Shown: positions 8,579 through 18,760 of the stretch, in pieces
Layout of the letters: each line of letters begins with the position of its first letter
How positions within the stretch are numbered: the first letter of the stretch is position 1
Source: Chloroflexota bacterium
GTDB taxonomy: Bacteria; Chloroflexota; UBA11872
Direction of reading: 5' to 3'
NCBI GenBank assembly: GCA_026707585.1
Contig: JAPOWQ010000006.1
Span: forward strand, 174,411 to 238,410
DNA: 64,000 nucleotides
Notes under the pieces: model-generated
What the model was told of the DNA's origin: nothing
The model's input: only the letters and a program-made list of their open reading frames with translations
Database searches by the model: none
Program-made: the position numbers and the translations under genes

Positions 8579-10324
8579 ATGACGCACAGAATCCCGGCCG
8601 GGGCTCGCCTTCTTGCCGGCTACATGTTCAAGCGCTGGCGGATGTACGCGCTGCTGTGGGCGATCTCCACGGCCGGCGTGGCCGTGCAGACGGCAGTTCC
8701 GTTCCTGGTCCGCGCCCTGCTGGACGACGCGCTGCCTACCCGGGAAATCGGACTTGTCGTGGTCCTGGTGCTGGCCATCGGCTGCGCCCACGGCTTCCAT
8801 CGTTTCACCGTCATCGCGAACCGGATTGGCCGGGAGCGCGGACTGGTGCGCACGAACCAGGATCTGCGCACCGACATCTTTGCCCGGACGATTCGCCGCG
8901 ATGGGCGCTTTTTCGACCGGCAGACCAGCGGGGAGTTGACCGACCGTCTGATTCGAGATACGCAGGCGGCGAGTCACTGGGCTCAGCACCTGGTCATGAA
9001 GGGGTTCCTGGGGTCGATCGAGCTTGCCGGTCCCCTGATTGCGGCCTTTCTGCTGAACTGGCGGATGGCGGCGGCGATGCTGGCGCTGGCGCCGGTCCTG
9101 CTGGTGATCCGGCGCTTCATCACGCCGCGCGAACAGGCCGCGCTGCAAACGGAGCGACAGCTCTCCGGCGCCGTCCGCTCGTTCGCGCAGGAGGCCATCG
9201 CGGGCCGCCGATTTATCCGCGCCTCGCAGACCCAAGAGCATGCCCGGGGGCGCCTGCGCGAACTGAACGAGCGGCTGTTGACCGAGGGCTCGTATCGGGT
9301 CACGACGCTGGCGAGCTACCAGCACAACATGTGGATGACGGCGCGCGGAATCGGCCTCCTGCTGGTATTTGCCGTGGGTATCGCCGAAACCGCCAGTGGC
9401 CGCACCACGCCGGGCACGCTGGCCGCCTTTGTGCTGACGGCCATGCACTTCTACTCGGCGCTGGGGTTCATGCTGGACTTCTATACGATGCTGCACCGGC
9501 TGCTGGCGCCGTGGCGGCGGGTGGCGCCGCTGTTGGAGGATCCGCCGGATGCGCCGGCCGGTCGCCAGCCAGTCCGCTCGGGCGCTCCGGGTGTGGTCTT
9601 CAGCAGCGTGTCTTTCGCCTACACCGACGACCGTGAGGCGCCGCTGCGCGATGTGAGCTTTGAAGTGGACCCGGGCGAATTCCTGGCCGTCGTCGGCGCC
9701 ACAGGATCCGGCAAGACCACGATTGCCGATTTGCTGATGCGCTTCTACACGCCGCAGTCGGGCACGGTCGCCGTGAACGGCCTGGACGTCTCGGACTTGC
9801 CGGCGCACGAGCTCCGGCGCGTGGTCGGCATCGTGCCGCAGGACACGGCGCTGCTGAACGAGAGCATCCGGGAGAACCTGCTGATCGCCGCGCCGGACGC
9901 TGACGACCAGACGCTGGCCGAGGCCATGCGCGCCGCCGAGCTTCACGAATTCGCGGCCTCGCTGCCGGACGGCTACGACACGGTGATCGGCGACCGCGGC
10001 GTTCGGCTCAGCGGCGGGCAGCGTCAGCGCCTGGCGATCGCCCGCGTGCTGCTGCAAGACCCGCCGCTGCTGATCCTGGATGAAGCGACGTCCTCGCTGG
10101 ACAGCCTGACCGAGCGGCGCATCCAGGCCGCGCTGGATCGGGCCAGCCAGGGTCGCACCGTCATTGCCATCGCCCACCGGCTGGCGACCATCATCAATGC
10201 CGACCGGGTGCTGGTGCTGGACGGCGGCCGCATCGTCGATCAAGGAACCGTCCGCGAACTTCGAGAGCGAGACGGGCTATTCCGCGCGATGTACGACACG
10301 CAGTTCGCGGCGGCGGGGGCCTAG
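8579..10324 (+). CDS. ABC transporter, fused permease/ATP-binding protein (type I exporter half-transporter)
   Basis: Six TM helices then Walker A 'GATGSGKTT', signature 'LSGGQRQRLAIAR', Walker B 'LLILDEATSSLD' and H-loop 'IAHRL'. Confidence 0.85.
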   Translation: MTHRIPAGARLLAGYMFKRWRMYALLWAISTAGVAVQTAVPFLVRALLDDALPTREIGLVVVLVLAIGCAHGFHRFTVIANRIGRERGLVRTNQDLRTDIFARTIRRDGRFFDRQTSGELTDRLIRDTQAASHWAQHLVMKGFLGSIELAGPLIAAFLLNWRMAAAMLALAPVLLVIRRFITPREQAALQTERQLSGAVRSFAQEAIAGRRFIRASQTQEHARGRLRELNERLLTEGSYRVTTLASYQHNMWMTARGIGLLLVFAVGIAETASGRTTPGTLAAFVLTAMHFYSALGFMLDFYTMLHRLLAPWRRVAPLLEDPPDAPAGRQPVRSGAPGVVFSSVSFAYTDDREAPLRDVSFEVDPGEFLAVVGATGSGKTTIADLLMRFYTPQSGTVAVNGLDVSDLPAHELRRVVGIVPQDTALLNESIRENLLIAAPDADDQTLAEAMRAAELHEFAASLPDGYDTVIGDRGVRLSGGQRQRLAIARVLLQDPPLLILDEATSSLDSLTERRIQAALDRASQGRTVIAIAHRLATIINADRVLVLDGGRIVDQGTVRELRERDGLFRAMYDTQFAAAGA

Positions 10325-10325
10325 C

Positions 10326-12092
10326 GTGGCCGGCAAGAACTCGGCCGAAGCTGGCGGCTGGCGCGAACTGCGGCAGGCAATAGGCGCCGCACCGCCAACG
10401 CGTACGACGATTGCCATTACGGTGCTGCTCGCGTCGTTGACGATTGCACTTGCAGTTGCCGGCGCCCTGGCAATGCGCGATCTCGTGAACGAGGGCGTGT
10501 ACGCAGGTTTCCCAGACGCGCTCGGAGCGCTGGTCCTGACCGCGGCCGGCCCCACGCTGGCGGTAGGGACCGGCTGGGTGCTGGTCGCGCGCGCGGAACG
10601 CCTGGGCTTCCGAGCCAGCGCACGGCTGACAGAGAGGGTCTTCGCGCACGTCCAGCGGGTGCGGATGGATGTGCTGGACGGCATGCGCTCCGGTGAACTG
10701 ACCGCGCGGGTCATCGACGATCCGAGCGAACTGGCCTGGCAGGCACGCTGGGGCGCCGGCGCCGGCGTGTTCGCCCTGGCGTTTGGGCTGGCGACGGTCA
10801 TAACTGGCGCCATCATCAACTGGCGCCTGCTGGGGCTTGTGGTGATCGTTACGCCGCTCTACTTCGTGCTGACCCGGCGGTTCGGCTATGGCCTGCGCCG
10901 CCTGGCCGCCTACGACCGGCTGGTCTCGCAGGCCGACCTGGCGGCCTTCGCCCAGGAGCGTTTAGGCGCCGCCCGCCTGGTGCAGGCGAGCCGGGCCGAG
11001 GACCGCGAGGCGGGACGGTTCTCGGACCTGGCGGAGCGGCTGAGCCGCGACCACCTGCGCGAGTTCCTGGCCGGCCGTACCTCGGGCGACGTCGGCATTG
11101 CGCTCGCCTGGCTGACGGCGCCGATCCTGGTGTTCGGCCTGGGCAGCATTGAATACCTCAACGGGCGGCTGACGACGGGGGATATCACCGCGCTGATCAG
11201 CCTGCTGCTGGCTCTGGTCAAGATCAGCATGGTGGCCAGCGTCTATTGGTTTGAGTTGGCGCCTATCTTCGCCGCGTCGCGCCGGCTCAACGAGACGCTG
11301 AGCCTGCCGACTGAGGATGAGACCGAGTCGGAACATCGCGACCTGGCGCGTCCGCCCGCGGTGGAATTTGACGGCGTCGCATTCCGTCACCGCTCGACCG
11401 ATGTGCAGCCGCTGGCTGACTTCAGTCTCGAAGCGGAGGCTGGACAGGTCACCGCTCTGGTTGGGGAAAGCGGCTCGGGCAAGTCAACCGCGGCGGAGTT
11501 GCTCGCCAGGTTCTTCGATGTCGACGCGGGCCAGATCGAACTTGATGGTGGTCCGATTCAGTCGCTGAGCCGCGCCAGGGTTCGGCGGTCGATGGCGCTG
11601 GTTGCGCAGGATCCGTCTTTCTTCAGCGCGAGCATCCGAGAGAACCTGACGTTCGGGCTCGCCGACGTCGACGATCGCGACCTCGAGCGGGTGTGCCGGA
11701 TCGCGCGGATTCACGACTTCATCCAGTCGCTGCCCGAGGGTTACGACACGGAGATTGGCGAGCGGGCCTCGCACCTCTCCGGCGGCGAGCGCCAGCGCCT
11801 GGCGATCGCTCGTGCGCTACTGACCGATCCGGACGTCCTGATCCTGGACGAGGCGACCTCCGCCCTGGACTCGGTGACCGAGCGCGAGGTCTACGACGGC
11901 GTGCTGGCCGACTCGGACAGCCGCACGGTGCTGGTTATCGCCCACCGCCTGTCCACCGTGCGCAACGCCGACCGCATCTTCGTTCTCGAAGCCGGTCGGA
12001 TTGCGGAAGCCGGAACGCACGACCAACTCATGGCAGCCGACGGCCCCTATCAACGACTCTACGCCGCCCAGGCTACGCCTGGAGGGGCCTAG
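10326..12092 (+). CDS. ABC transporter, fused permease/ATP-binding protein (second half of a heterodimeric exporter)
   Basis: In-frame GTG at 10326 directly after the upstream stop. Walker A 'GESGSGKST', 'LSGGERQRLAIARAL', 'VLILDEATSALD' and 'IAHRL'. Adjacent and co-directional with the first ABC gene. Confidence 0.8.
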   Translation: MAGKNSAEAGGWRELRQAIGAAPPTRTTIAITVLLASLTIALAVAGALAMRDLVNEGVYAGFPDALGALVLTAAGPTLAVGTGWVLVARAERLGFRASARLTERVFAHVQRVRMDVLDGMRSGELTARVIDDPSELAWQARWGAGAGVFALAFGLATVITGAIINWRLLGLVVIVTPLYFVLTRRFGYGLRRLAAYDRLVSQADLAAFAQERLGAARLVQASRAEDREAGRFSDLAERLSRDHLREFLAGRTSGDVGIALAWLTAPILVFGLGSIEYLNGRLTTGDITALISLLLALVKISMVASVYWFELAPIFAASRRLNETLSLPTEDETESEHRDLARPPAVEFDGVAFRHRSTDVQPLADFSLEAEAGQVTALVGESGSGKSTAAELLARFFDVDAGQIELDGGPIQSLSRARVRRSMALVAQDPSFFSASIRENLTFGLADVDDRDLERVCRIARIHDFIQSLPEGYDTEIGERASHLSGGERQRLAIARALLTDPDVLILDEATSALDSVTEREVYDGVLADSDSRTVLVIAHRLSTVRNADRIFVLEAGRIAEAGTHDQLMAADGPYQRLYAAQATPGGA

Positions 12093-13123
12093 GGTCGCGG
12101 CGCGGGCGCCGCCATCAGGTGCGGCCCGTTGGTGGCGGAGGACTGGCGGGCCAGGTCGTAGACGGCGTCCTGGAGTTCCAGGACGCGGACGGCCTGGCGC
12201 AGGGGGATGGGCGGCGGGTCGCCGTTTTCCAGCGCCTGGATGGAGCGGCCCATGATGCTGGCCATCATGTCGGCCCGCGGCGTTTCGTCGTAGACCCGTA
12301 CACCCTGGCTAGTGTGGACCTGGACCTGACCGACGAGGTCGGCTGTGTACTGGCCGAGGATGATCGCGTTGGTGCCCACCGCGCGGATGACGTACTCGCC
12401 GGAGTGGACGCCCAGTGGGTAGGCGTAGCTGCATTCCACCAGCCCCGTTGATCCATCGGCGGCCCGGAACAGGCCGGCGGCGTAGTCGTCAAAGGGACGC
12501 TGGAACATGGCGTTTGAGATCACGCCGGCCACCGCTTGCACGGGTTGCCCGCCCATGGCGTCCAGCATGATGTCGATGCCGTGCTGGCACTCCACGGCCC
12601 AGCAGCCACCGCCGGAGATTGACGGGTCGTTATGCCAGGCGGAGGGCATGTTGTCGTAGCGCGCGGGCGTTGAAGTGCTGAGGCGGCTGTGAAAGTGCGC
12701 CAGGTCCCCGAGCGTGCCGTCCGCCAGCGACCGGCCGATCACCTCGAAGACTCTCAGCTCGCGCGTGGGCAGCGTGAGCGCGCCCCACAGGCCGGCGGCC
12801 TCAGCGGCGTCCACCGCAGGCCGCAGGCGGTCGGCGCAGTCGGCCCAGGGCTTGTCGAACAGAGAGGGCACGCCGGCGTCCACGCAGGCTTGCAGGTAGC
12901 TGGGCGCGAGGGTGTGGCGGCCCGAGACGAGCGCCACATCGGGCTTCACGGCTTCCAGGCACTCGGAGGCCGTGTCGAAGACCGGGCAGCCGAACGTCTC
13001 GGCCATGGTCGTGCGTTCGGACTCCAGCGGGTCGAACGCGCCGACCAACTCGTGCCCAAGCTGGATGGCGGTGCGGCCCATCCCAAACCCGTGATGACTG
13101 TAGGAAAGCACGACGGCGCGCAT
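12089..13123 (-). CDS. Gfo/Idh/MocA family NAD(P)-dependent oxidoreductase
   Basis: 'MRAVVLSYSHHGFG...' N-terminal Rossmann fold and a C-terminal GFO_IDH_MocA-like domain. Start taken as ATG at 13123. Confidence 0.7.
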   Translation of the reverse strand: MRAVVLSYSHHGFGMGRTAIQLGHELVGAFDPLESERTTMAETFGCPVFDTASECLEAVKPDVALVSGRHTLAPSYLQACVDAGVPSLFDKPWADCADRLRPAVDAAEAAGLWGALTLPTRELRVFEVIGRSLADGTLGDLAHFHSRLSTSTPARYDNMPSAWHNDPSISGGGCWAVECQHGIDIMLDAMGGQPVQAVAGVISNAMFQRPFDDYAAGLFRAADGSTGLVECSYAYPLGVHSGEYVIRAVGTNAIILGQYTADLVGQVQVHTSQGVRVYDETPRADMMASIMGRSIQALENGDPPPIPLRQAVRVLELQDAVYDLARQSSATNGPHLMAAPAPRP

Positions 13124-13261
13124 GGGGGTTGCTCCGGCAGGCAGGTGGGCGCGTGAGTGTACGGGGCGCCGCGAAGGCATTCAGAGGCCTGGCTGGAGTG
13201 GTTGACCGGGTCACTTTCGCTAACGGCCGCCGCTCCGAGCCGTCGGACGCGACTACGGTCT

Positions 13262-14257
13262 CTAGTCAGGCTGTGGGAAGTGTTCTTTCAGGAAGCCCTC
13301 GATTTGGTCGAGTCGGTCGTCGAGCTCCTTGCCGGTTAGGTACCCGCCGTCTTCGTACGTACCAAGCGCGGCGACAGCTTCGTCTTCGTTTATGGGTTGA
13401 AACCACTCGGCGAAGTGCCACGGACCGACCCAAATACCCAACTCTCCGCCGTTCGCACCGGCGCGCGGCGTCGCGTACATCAGGAAGCGGGTGCGGTTTG
13501 CCGGCGGCGCGATTCTCACAGATGCCCGTTGCGGCTGCACCGGAAGGCCCGCCTGCTCAGACATCTTGCAAAAGCGATCGAATTGCTCGCGAACGCCCGC
13601 CTGGCCAGCTAGATCACGAATCGCGTCAACCGTGTACCGTCGTTTAGGGGCAGGCGGCTTGACCGGTTCGTCAATTACCTCACGAACCAACAATCTCGCG
13701 CCGCCCTCCAACTCGAACACCTCGAAGCTGACGACGCTGATCGGGACGCCGAAGCGCGCGAGGAACTCATTCATGCGTTCCAGTCCAGCGTGAATTCCGA
13801 CGCCGACGAGCAACACGGCGATCTCCCGCTCCTCGGCCTCGCCGGCCAGTTGCTGCTTCACTCGCTCCGACAGCGTTTCCTCATCACCATCACCGAACTC
13901 GCCGAGGCGTCCTTTGAGCTTCTCGTAGACTTCATCCGCGTCGAGTCGGGCCAGCGACGCGGCGTAGTAGAGCGCCTGTCCCAGGGCGCCGGAGTCGAGC
14001 CTGCCGGGCTTGATCTCGATCACGATCCAGCGGTCCTGCGAGTCGATAGCCAACAGATCGAGACGTCCGTCATCGATTGACACCTGGCGGCCGACCAGGG
14101 TGTACCCCTCCCCGATCAGCGTCATGTCCTTTGCGATCCAGTCCTCGAGGTGTTGCTCAAGTTCAATATGAGAGCGCTCGAGGCCTTGCGGCTGCGAAGG
14201 CTGTAGGCCTTCCTCGCCGTGCTGCGCGTCGAAGCTCCAGGCCGCCAGTTTCGTCAT
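13262..14257 (-). CDS. Hypothetical protein with N-terminal PD-(D/E)xK nuclease-fold (NucS/DUF91-like) domain and an uncharacterised C-terminal domain
   Basis: 'DDGRLDLLAIDSQDRWIVIEIKPGR' is the classic D...(D/E)xK core. GC is visibly lower than the flanks. Confidence 0.55.
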   Translation of the reverse strand: MTKLAAWSFDAQHGEEGLQPSQPQGLERSHIELEQHLEDWIAKDMTLIGEGYTLVGRQVSIDDGRLDLLAIDSQDRWIVIEIKPGRLDSGALGQALYYAASLARLDADEVYEKLKGRLGEFGDGDEETLSERVKQQLAGEAEEREIAVLLVGVGIHAGLERMNEFLARFGVPISVVSFEVFELEGGARLLVREVIDEPVKPPAPKRRYTVDAIRDLAGQAGVREQFDRFCKMSEQAGLPVQPQRASVRIAPPANRTRFLMYATPRAGANGGELGIWVGPWHFAEWFQPINEDEAVAALGTYEDGGYLTGKELDDRLDQIEGFLKEHFPQPD

Positions 14258-14360
14258 TTACTCGCTCCCGGACTGTCGGTTTCCTGTGGGACTATTCGAC
14301 TATGTTGATCCGACGCGCAAACCGCTGTGGTGGGACTGTTCCTAGAGCACCGAGTCCACG

Positions 14361-15638
14361 TTAGGCAGTTTCTTCGGCTTGTTGCGTTTGGGCTTCGGCG
14401 AGGCCGGGCTGGGTGACCAGGATGGGGGCGCTGTTCGATTCCACGGTCTCGCGGGTCACCACGACCTTTTTCACACCCGTCTTTGACGGCAGCGTGAACA
14501 TGGTGTCCATCAGGAGGTCCTCGAGAGTGGTTCGCAGGCCGCGGGCGCCGGTGTTGGTCTCCTGGGAGCGGCGGGCAATGGCCTCCAGGCCGTCGTCGGT
14601 GATTTCCAGTTCCACGCCGTCCATTTCAAACAGCTTCTGGAACTGGCGCAGCAACGCGTTCTTGGGTTCGCAGATGATGCCGACGAGGGCCTCCACGTCC
14701 AGTTCGTCGAGGGCGGCCACTACCGGCAGGCGACCGACGAACTCGGGGATCAGGCCGTACTTCAGCAGGTCGTCCGAAGCGACTTCGTGCATCACGCTCT
14801 CGGCCTTCTCGCCGTGGGCGCGCTTGCCAAAGCCCACGCCGGCCGCGTGGCCAATGCGCCGGGCGATGATGCGATCCAGGCCCTCGAACGCGCCGCCGCA
14901 CACAAACAGGATGTCGCGCGTATCCATCTGGATGAAGTCCTGATGCGGGTGCTTGCGCCCGCCCTGGGGCGGTACGTTGACCTGCGCGCCCTCGATGATC
15001 TTCAGCAGCGCCTGCTGGACGCCTTCGCCTGAGACGTCGCGTGTGATTGAAGGGTTGTCGGCCTTGCGGGAGACCTTATCGATCTCGTCGATGAAGATGA
15101 TGCCGGTCTGGGCGCGTGGGACGTTGAAGTCGGCGGCCTGCAGCAGGCGTAGCAGAATGTTCTCCACGTCCTCGCCCACATACCCGGCCTCGGTGAGCGC
15201 CGTGGCGTCGGCAATGCAGAACGGCACGTTGAGAATGCGCGCCAGGGTGCGGGCGATCTCGCTCTTGCCCACGCCGGTGGGTCCCAGCAGCAGGATGTTG
15301 CTCTTGTGTAGCTCGAATTCGTCGTCCGACGCGCCGGCCGCGACGCGCTTGTAGTGGTTGTAAACGGCGACCGAGACGACTTTCTTGGCTCGGTCCTGCC
15401 CGATCACGTATTCGCTGAGAAGCTCAAAGAGGCGTTCCGGCGTGGGAATCTGGCCCGCGAAGGCCTGCGGACTTGGGGTGCGGGTCTGCTCCTCATCGAT
15501 GATGTCGCGGCAGAGGTTAACGCACTCGTTGCAGATGTAGACGCCGGCCGAGCCCGAGATCAGGCGGCGGACCTGGTCCTGGGTCTTTCCGCAAAACGAG
15601 CAGCGGTAACTCGCGCGGTTAGACCGACTACGCGCCAT
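14361..15638 (-). CDS. clpX: ATP-dependent Clp protease ATP-binding subunit ClpX
   Basis: N-terminal zinc ribbon 'CSFCGK...CNEC', Walker A 'GPTGVGKS', and high similarity to ClpX throughout. Confidence 0.95.
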   Translation of the reverse strand: MARSRSNRASYRCSFCGKTQDQVRRLISGSAGVYICNECVNLCRDIIDEEQTRTPSPQAFAGQIPTPERLFELLSEYVIGQDRAKKVVSVAVYNHYKRVAAGASDDEFELHKSNILLLGPTGVGKSEIARTLARILNVPFCIADATALTEAGYVGEDVENILLRLLQAADFNVPRAQTGIIFIDEIDKVSRKADNPSITRDVSGEGVQQALLKIIEGAQVNVPPQGGRKHPHQDFIQMDTRDILFVCGGAFEGLDRIIARRIGHAAGVGFGKRAHGEKAESVMHEVASDDLLKYGLIPEFVGRLPVVAALDELDVEALVGIICEPKNALLRQFQKLFEMDGVELEITDDGLEAIARRSQETNTGARGLRTTLEDLLMDTMFTLPSKTGVKKVVVTRETVESNSAPILVTQPGLAEAQTQQAEETA

Positions 15639-15692
15639 GACGGCTCCAAGCGACGAAGGTCCGGGAAGCGTACCGAGGTCGGGCCATTTCGC

Positions 15693-16319
15693 CTAGTCCG
15701 TGTCGTGGCCGTCCTGTCCCACGGTGGCCGAGCGCGGCGTCACGATCTGGTCGATCAGGCCATACTCCTTAGCTTCCTGGGCCGTGAGGTAGAAGTCGCG
15801 GTCCGAGTCTGCGTGAATCCGGTCCTTCGCCTGGCCGGTCGCGTCCACAAAGATCTGTTCGATCCGGTCGCGGACCTTGCCGATCTCGCGGGCTCGAATC
15901 TGCAGGTCGGCGGCCTGCACAAAGCCTTCGAACCCCTGGGACGGCTGGTGCAGCAACACGGTGCTGTGGGGCAGGGCCGAGCGTTTGCCGCGCGCGCCGC
16001 CGGCCAGGATCACGCTGCCCATGCTGGCCGCCAGACCCACGCAGGTGGTGGCCACGTCGTTCGGCACATACTGCATGGTGTCGAAGATGGCCAGCCCCGC
16101 GCTCACGCTGCCGCCGGGCGAGTTGATGTACATGTTGATATCGGCTTCGGCGTCCTCGCTGGTCAGGAGCAACAGCTGGGCGATGACCGTATTGGCCACG
16201 GCGTCATCGATGGGCGTGCCCAGAAAGATGATCCGGTCGCGCAGCAGGCGCGAGTAAATGTCCATGCCGCGCTCACCGCGGTCCGTCTGCTCGATTACGT
16301 ACGGGACGAGAATGCCCAT
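15693..16319 (-). CDS. clpP: ATP-dependent Clp protease proteolytic subunit ClpP
   Basis: ClpP motifs 'GGSV' and 'GLAASMGSVIL' (active-site Ser). In the conserved tig-clpP-clpX order. Confidence 0.95.
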   Translation of the reverse strand: MGILVPYVIEQTDRGERGMDIYSRLLRDRIIFLGTPIDDAVANTVIAQLLLLTSEDAEADINMYINSPGGSVSAGLAIFDTMQYVPNDVATTCVGLAASMGSVILAGGARGKRSALPHSTVLLHQPSQGFEGFVQAADLQIRAREIGKVRDRIEQIFVDATGQAKDRIHADSDRDFYLTAQEAKEYGLIDQIVTPRSATVGQDGHDTD

Positions 16320-16346
16320 GCGAAAGTCCTTTCCCTGCCGGCGGCG

Positions 16347-17732
16347 CTAGGCCTGTTCGGCTTCCGGGTCGTCCTCCGGCTCGGCGGCGGCCGCCAGCTC
16401 GGGTGGGGGCTCGGAATGGCGATGGTCGTGGTCGTGCAACGGGGCCGCGCCGTCGGTGACGGCGGCTACCAGCGCCCGGATGGCCTTCCGTGAACGAACG
16501 CTCCGTGCGACGTGCTGGCCGGCCTCGTCGCGCATGAGGTTGGTGCGAATGATGTTGCGGCGCTCCTGCGGGTAGTACTCGGCCACGCGGTCGATCTCGG
16601 CCCGCATTTCCTCTACCTCGGCGGTGATGTCGTGCGCGTCCGCGTAGGCGTCCAGGACCAGGGCGCGATGAATGCGGTTGAGCGCCTCGCTACGCGCTTC
16701 CTCCTCCCACTCGTCGCGCGTCTGCTCGCGCATGGCCAGATAGGTGTCCACGGGAACACCCCGGCGCACCAGCAAGTCCGTGCGCTCGCGGAGCACCCCC
16801 TCGCTTTCGCGGTCGATCAGCACATCGGCAATCTCGAACGTGGCGCGCTGGATCAAGGCTTGCACTGCCTGCTCTTCGAGTTCGTGCTGCGCTTCGTGCG
16901 CCTTGCGTTCGCCCAGCGCCCCGGAAATGCGTTCGCGCATGCCTTCGAGGGTTTCGAAAGGCCCCACGCTGCGGGCGAACTCGTCGTCTAGGTCCGGTAA
17001 CTGCTGCTCGCTGACGCCGTCCACCTGGATCTCGAACGTCACGTTCTTGCCGCGCAGCGCCTCGTTGGGGTCGTTGGGCGGGATTCGGGCGTCGTACGAC
17101 ACCTGGTCGCCGGCCACCGCGCCGGTCACGGCGCCGTCAAAGCCCACGGGGAAGCCGTTATTGCCAACCAGCACGTTGTAGGCCTGGGGGTCTTCGGGCT
17201 CGATCTCGTCGCCGACGATCCGGATGCGGGTCTGCGCCATGTCCTCGGCAACTGCGGGACGCTCCACCGGTTCCCAGGAGGCCTGGGTCGTGCGCAACTG
17301 CTCGATTTCGGCCTCGATCTCGTCCTCGGAGACTTCGTCAACCGATACCTCAAGCGACACGTCGTCCATGTCGCCCAGTTCAACCGTCGGCGCGATGGCG
17401 ACTTCGGCCGAGAACAGGAAGGGCGCGTCCAGCGACGGGAGTTCGGGCACATCCAGTTCGGGCTGGTCGATCGGGGTGACCCCCGTCTCGTCCAGAGCCG
17501 AGGTGTAGGCCCGGGGCACCACGGCTTCCAGGAGGTCCTGCATCACCGTGGCCACGCCGGCGGCGTTTTCCACCAGGCGGCGCGGCGCCTTGCCGGGACG
17601 GAAGCCGGGAATCTTGACCCGGCGTCCGACGCGTTGAATCGCTCGTCCGTATTCCTTCTGCAAGTCCTCGGGCGGCACTTCAACCGCGAGCCGAACGCGG
17701 CTGCCGTCAAGCTTCTCAGCGGTCGCGGGCAT
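16347..17732 (-). CDS. tig: Trigger factor (ribosome-associated chaperone / PPIase)
   Basis: 'FRPGKAP' ribosome-binding signature, an FKBP-like middle domain and an acidic C-terminus. Start ATG (MPATAEKL) at 17732. Confidence 0.9.
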   Translation of the reverse strand: MPATAEKLDGSRVRLAVEVPPEDLQKEYGRAIQRVGRRVKIPGFRPGKAPRRLVENAAGVATVMQDLLEAVVPRAYTSALDETGVTPIDQPELDVPELPSLDAPFLFSAEVAIAPTVELGDMDDVSLEVSVDEVSEDEIEAEIEQLRTTQASWEPVERPAVAEDMAQTRIRIVGDEIEPEDPQAYNVLVGNNGFPVGFDGAVTGAVAGDQVSYDARIPPNDPNEALRGKNVTFEIQVDGVSEQQLPDLDDEFARSVGPFETLEGMRERISGALGERKAHEAQHELEEQAVQALIQRATFEIADVLIDRESEGVLRERTDLLVRRGVPVDTYLAMREQTRDEWEEEARSEALNRIHRALVLDAYADAHDITAEVEEMRAEIDRVAEYYPQERRNIIRTNLMRDEAGQHVARSVRSRKAIRALVAAVTDGAAPLHDHDHRHSEPPPELAAAAEPEDDPEAEQA

Positions 17733-17776
17733 ACCAATCCTCTGGGCGGAATCCACCAGCCAAGCTCGGGGCGGGT

Positions 17777-17859
17777 GGGGAAGGAGAGACTCGAACTCTC
17801 ACGGAGAAATCTCCACGTGATCCTAAGTCACGCTCGTCTACCAGTTCCGACACTTCCCC
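17777..17859 (-). tRNA. tRNA-Leu (anticodon UAG), class II with long variable arm
   Basis: The reverse complement folds by hand into a cloverleaf: acceptor GGGGAAG/CTTCCCC, anticodon stem CGTGA/TCACG, loop CTTAGGA (U33, anticodon TAG, G37), variable stem GGAGA/TCTCC, and T-arm GAGAG-TTCGAGT-CTCTC. CCA is not encoded. Confidence 0.85.
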
Positions 17860-18061
17860 CTGGAGTGCTCGAACGGACCGAACAGACAGACAACCGCCCG
17901 CGCGAGCGCGGGCGCCACCGATTATATGGCGGGCGGCGTCGTCTTCCGTCCCCTAAGTTCGGTCGGCCGCTTTAGCCCTGTCCCGCAACGGGCTAGGATT
18001 GAGCCAAGCCCTCGACCCGCCGGATCGTCGGCGGCGCCGACGCTAGCAAAGGACCTGCGGC

Positions 18062-18667
18062 ATGGCCTACGAAGTACCGGACCTTCCCTACGCCTTCGAC
18101 GCGCTGGAACCCACCATCGACGCGCGCACGATGGAGATCCACCACGACCGCCACCACGCGACGTACGTGATGAACCTGAACGCCGCGCTGGAAGGCCATG
18201 ACGATCTGGCCGCGCAGAGCATCGAAGACCTGATCAGCAACCTGGACGCCGTGCCCGAAGGCATCCGCACGGCGGTGCAGAACAACGGCGGCGGACACGC
18301 CAACCATTCGCTGTTCTGGACCGTGATCGGCGGCGACAGCCATCGGCACCCGCACGGCGCGCTGGCCGAAGCCGTGGACGCGGCCTTTGGCAGCTTGGAG
18401 GCCTTCCAGGCCGAGTTCGCCCAGGCCGCCACCACCCGCTTCGGTTCCGGCTGGGCCTGGCTGATCAAGCAGGCCGACGGCTCGCTGGCCGTTACCAGCA
18501 CGCCCAACCAGGACAGCCCGCTCATGGACGGCAGCGGCGTCCCGATCCTGGGACTGGACGTGTGGGAACACGCCTATTACCTGAACTACCAGAATCGCCG
18601 CCCGGACTACATCGCGGCCTTCTGGAACATCGTGAACTGGGAAGAGGTCGAGCGCCGCTTCGGCTAA
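18062..18667 (+). CDS. sodA: Superoxide dismutase (Fe/Mn family)
   Basis: '[25 protein letters not shown]', '[16 protein letters not shown]' and 'DVWEHAYY' are the Fe/Mn-SOD metal-binding signatures. Confidence 0.95.
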   Translation: MAYEVPDLPYAFDALEPTIDARTMEIHHDRHHATYVMNLNAALEGHDDLAAQSIEDLISNLDAVPEGIRTAVQNNGGGHANHSLFWTVIGGDSHRHPHGALAEAVDAAFGSLEAFQAEFAQAATTRFGSGWAWLIKQADGSLAVTSTPNQDSPLMDGSGVPILGLDVWEHAYYLNYQNRRPDYIAAFWNIVNWEEVERRFG

Positions 18668-18760
18668 ACCGAACCCAACGCTGCGAAGAGCCGGCGGCCC
18701 GGTCGTGAGCCGCCGGCTCTTCGCACGAATGGTGTAGGTCAAACGGGCTAGGATTGACGC

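Noticed and set aside
7823-10243. 806-aa ORF on the minus strand spanning the second dehydratase gene and the first ABC transporter gene
   Set aside because: It is antisense to two well-supported genes. The Arg/Gly/Ala/Pro-rich, low-complexity translation is typical of GC-rich shadow ORFs.
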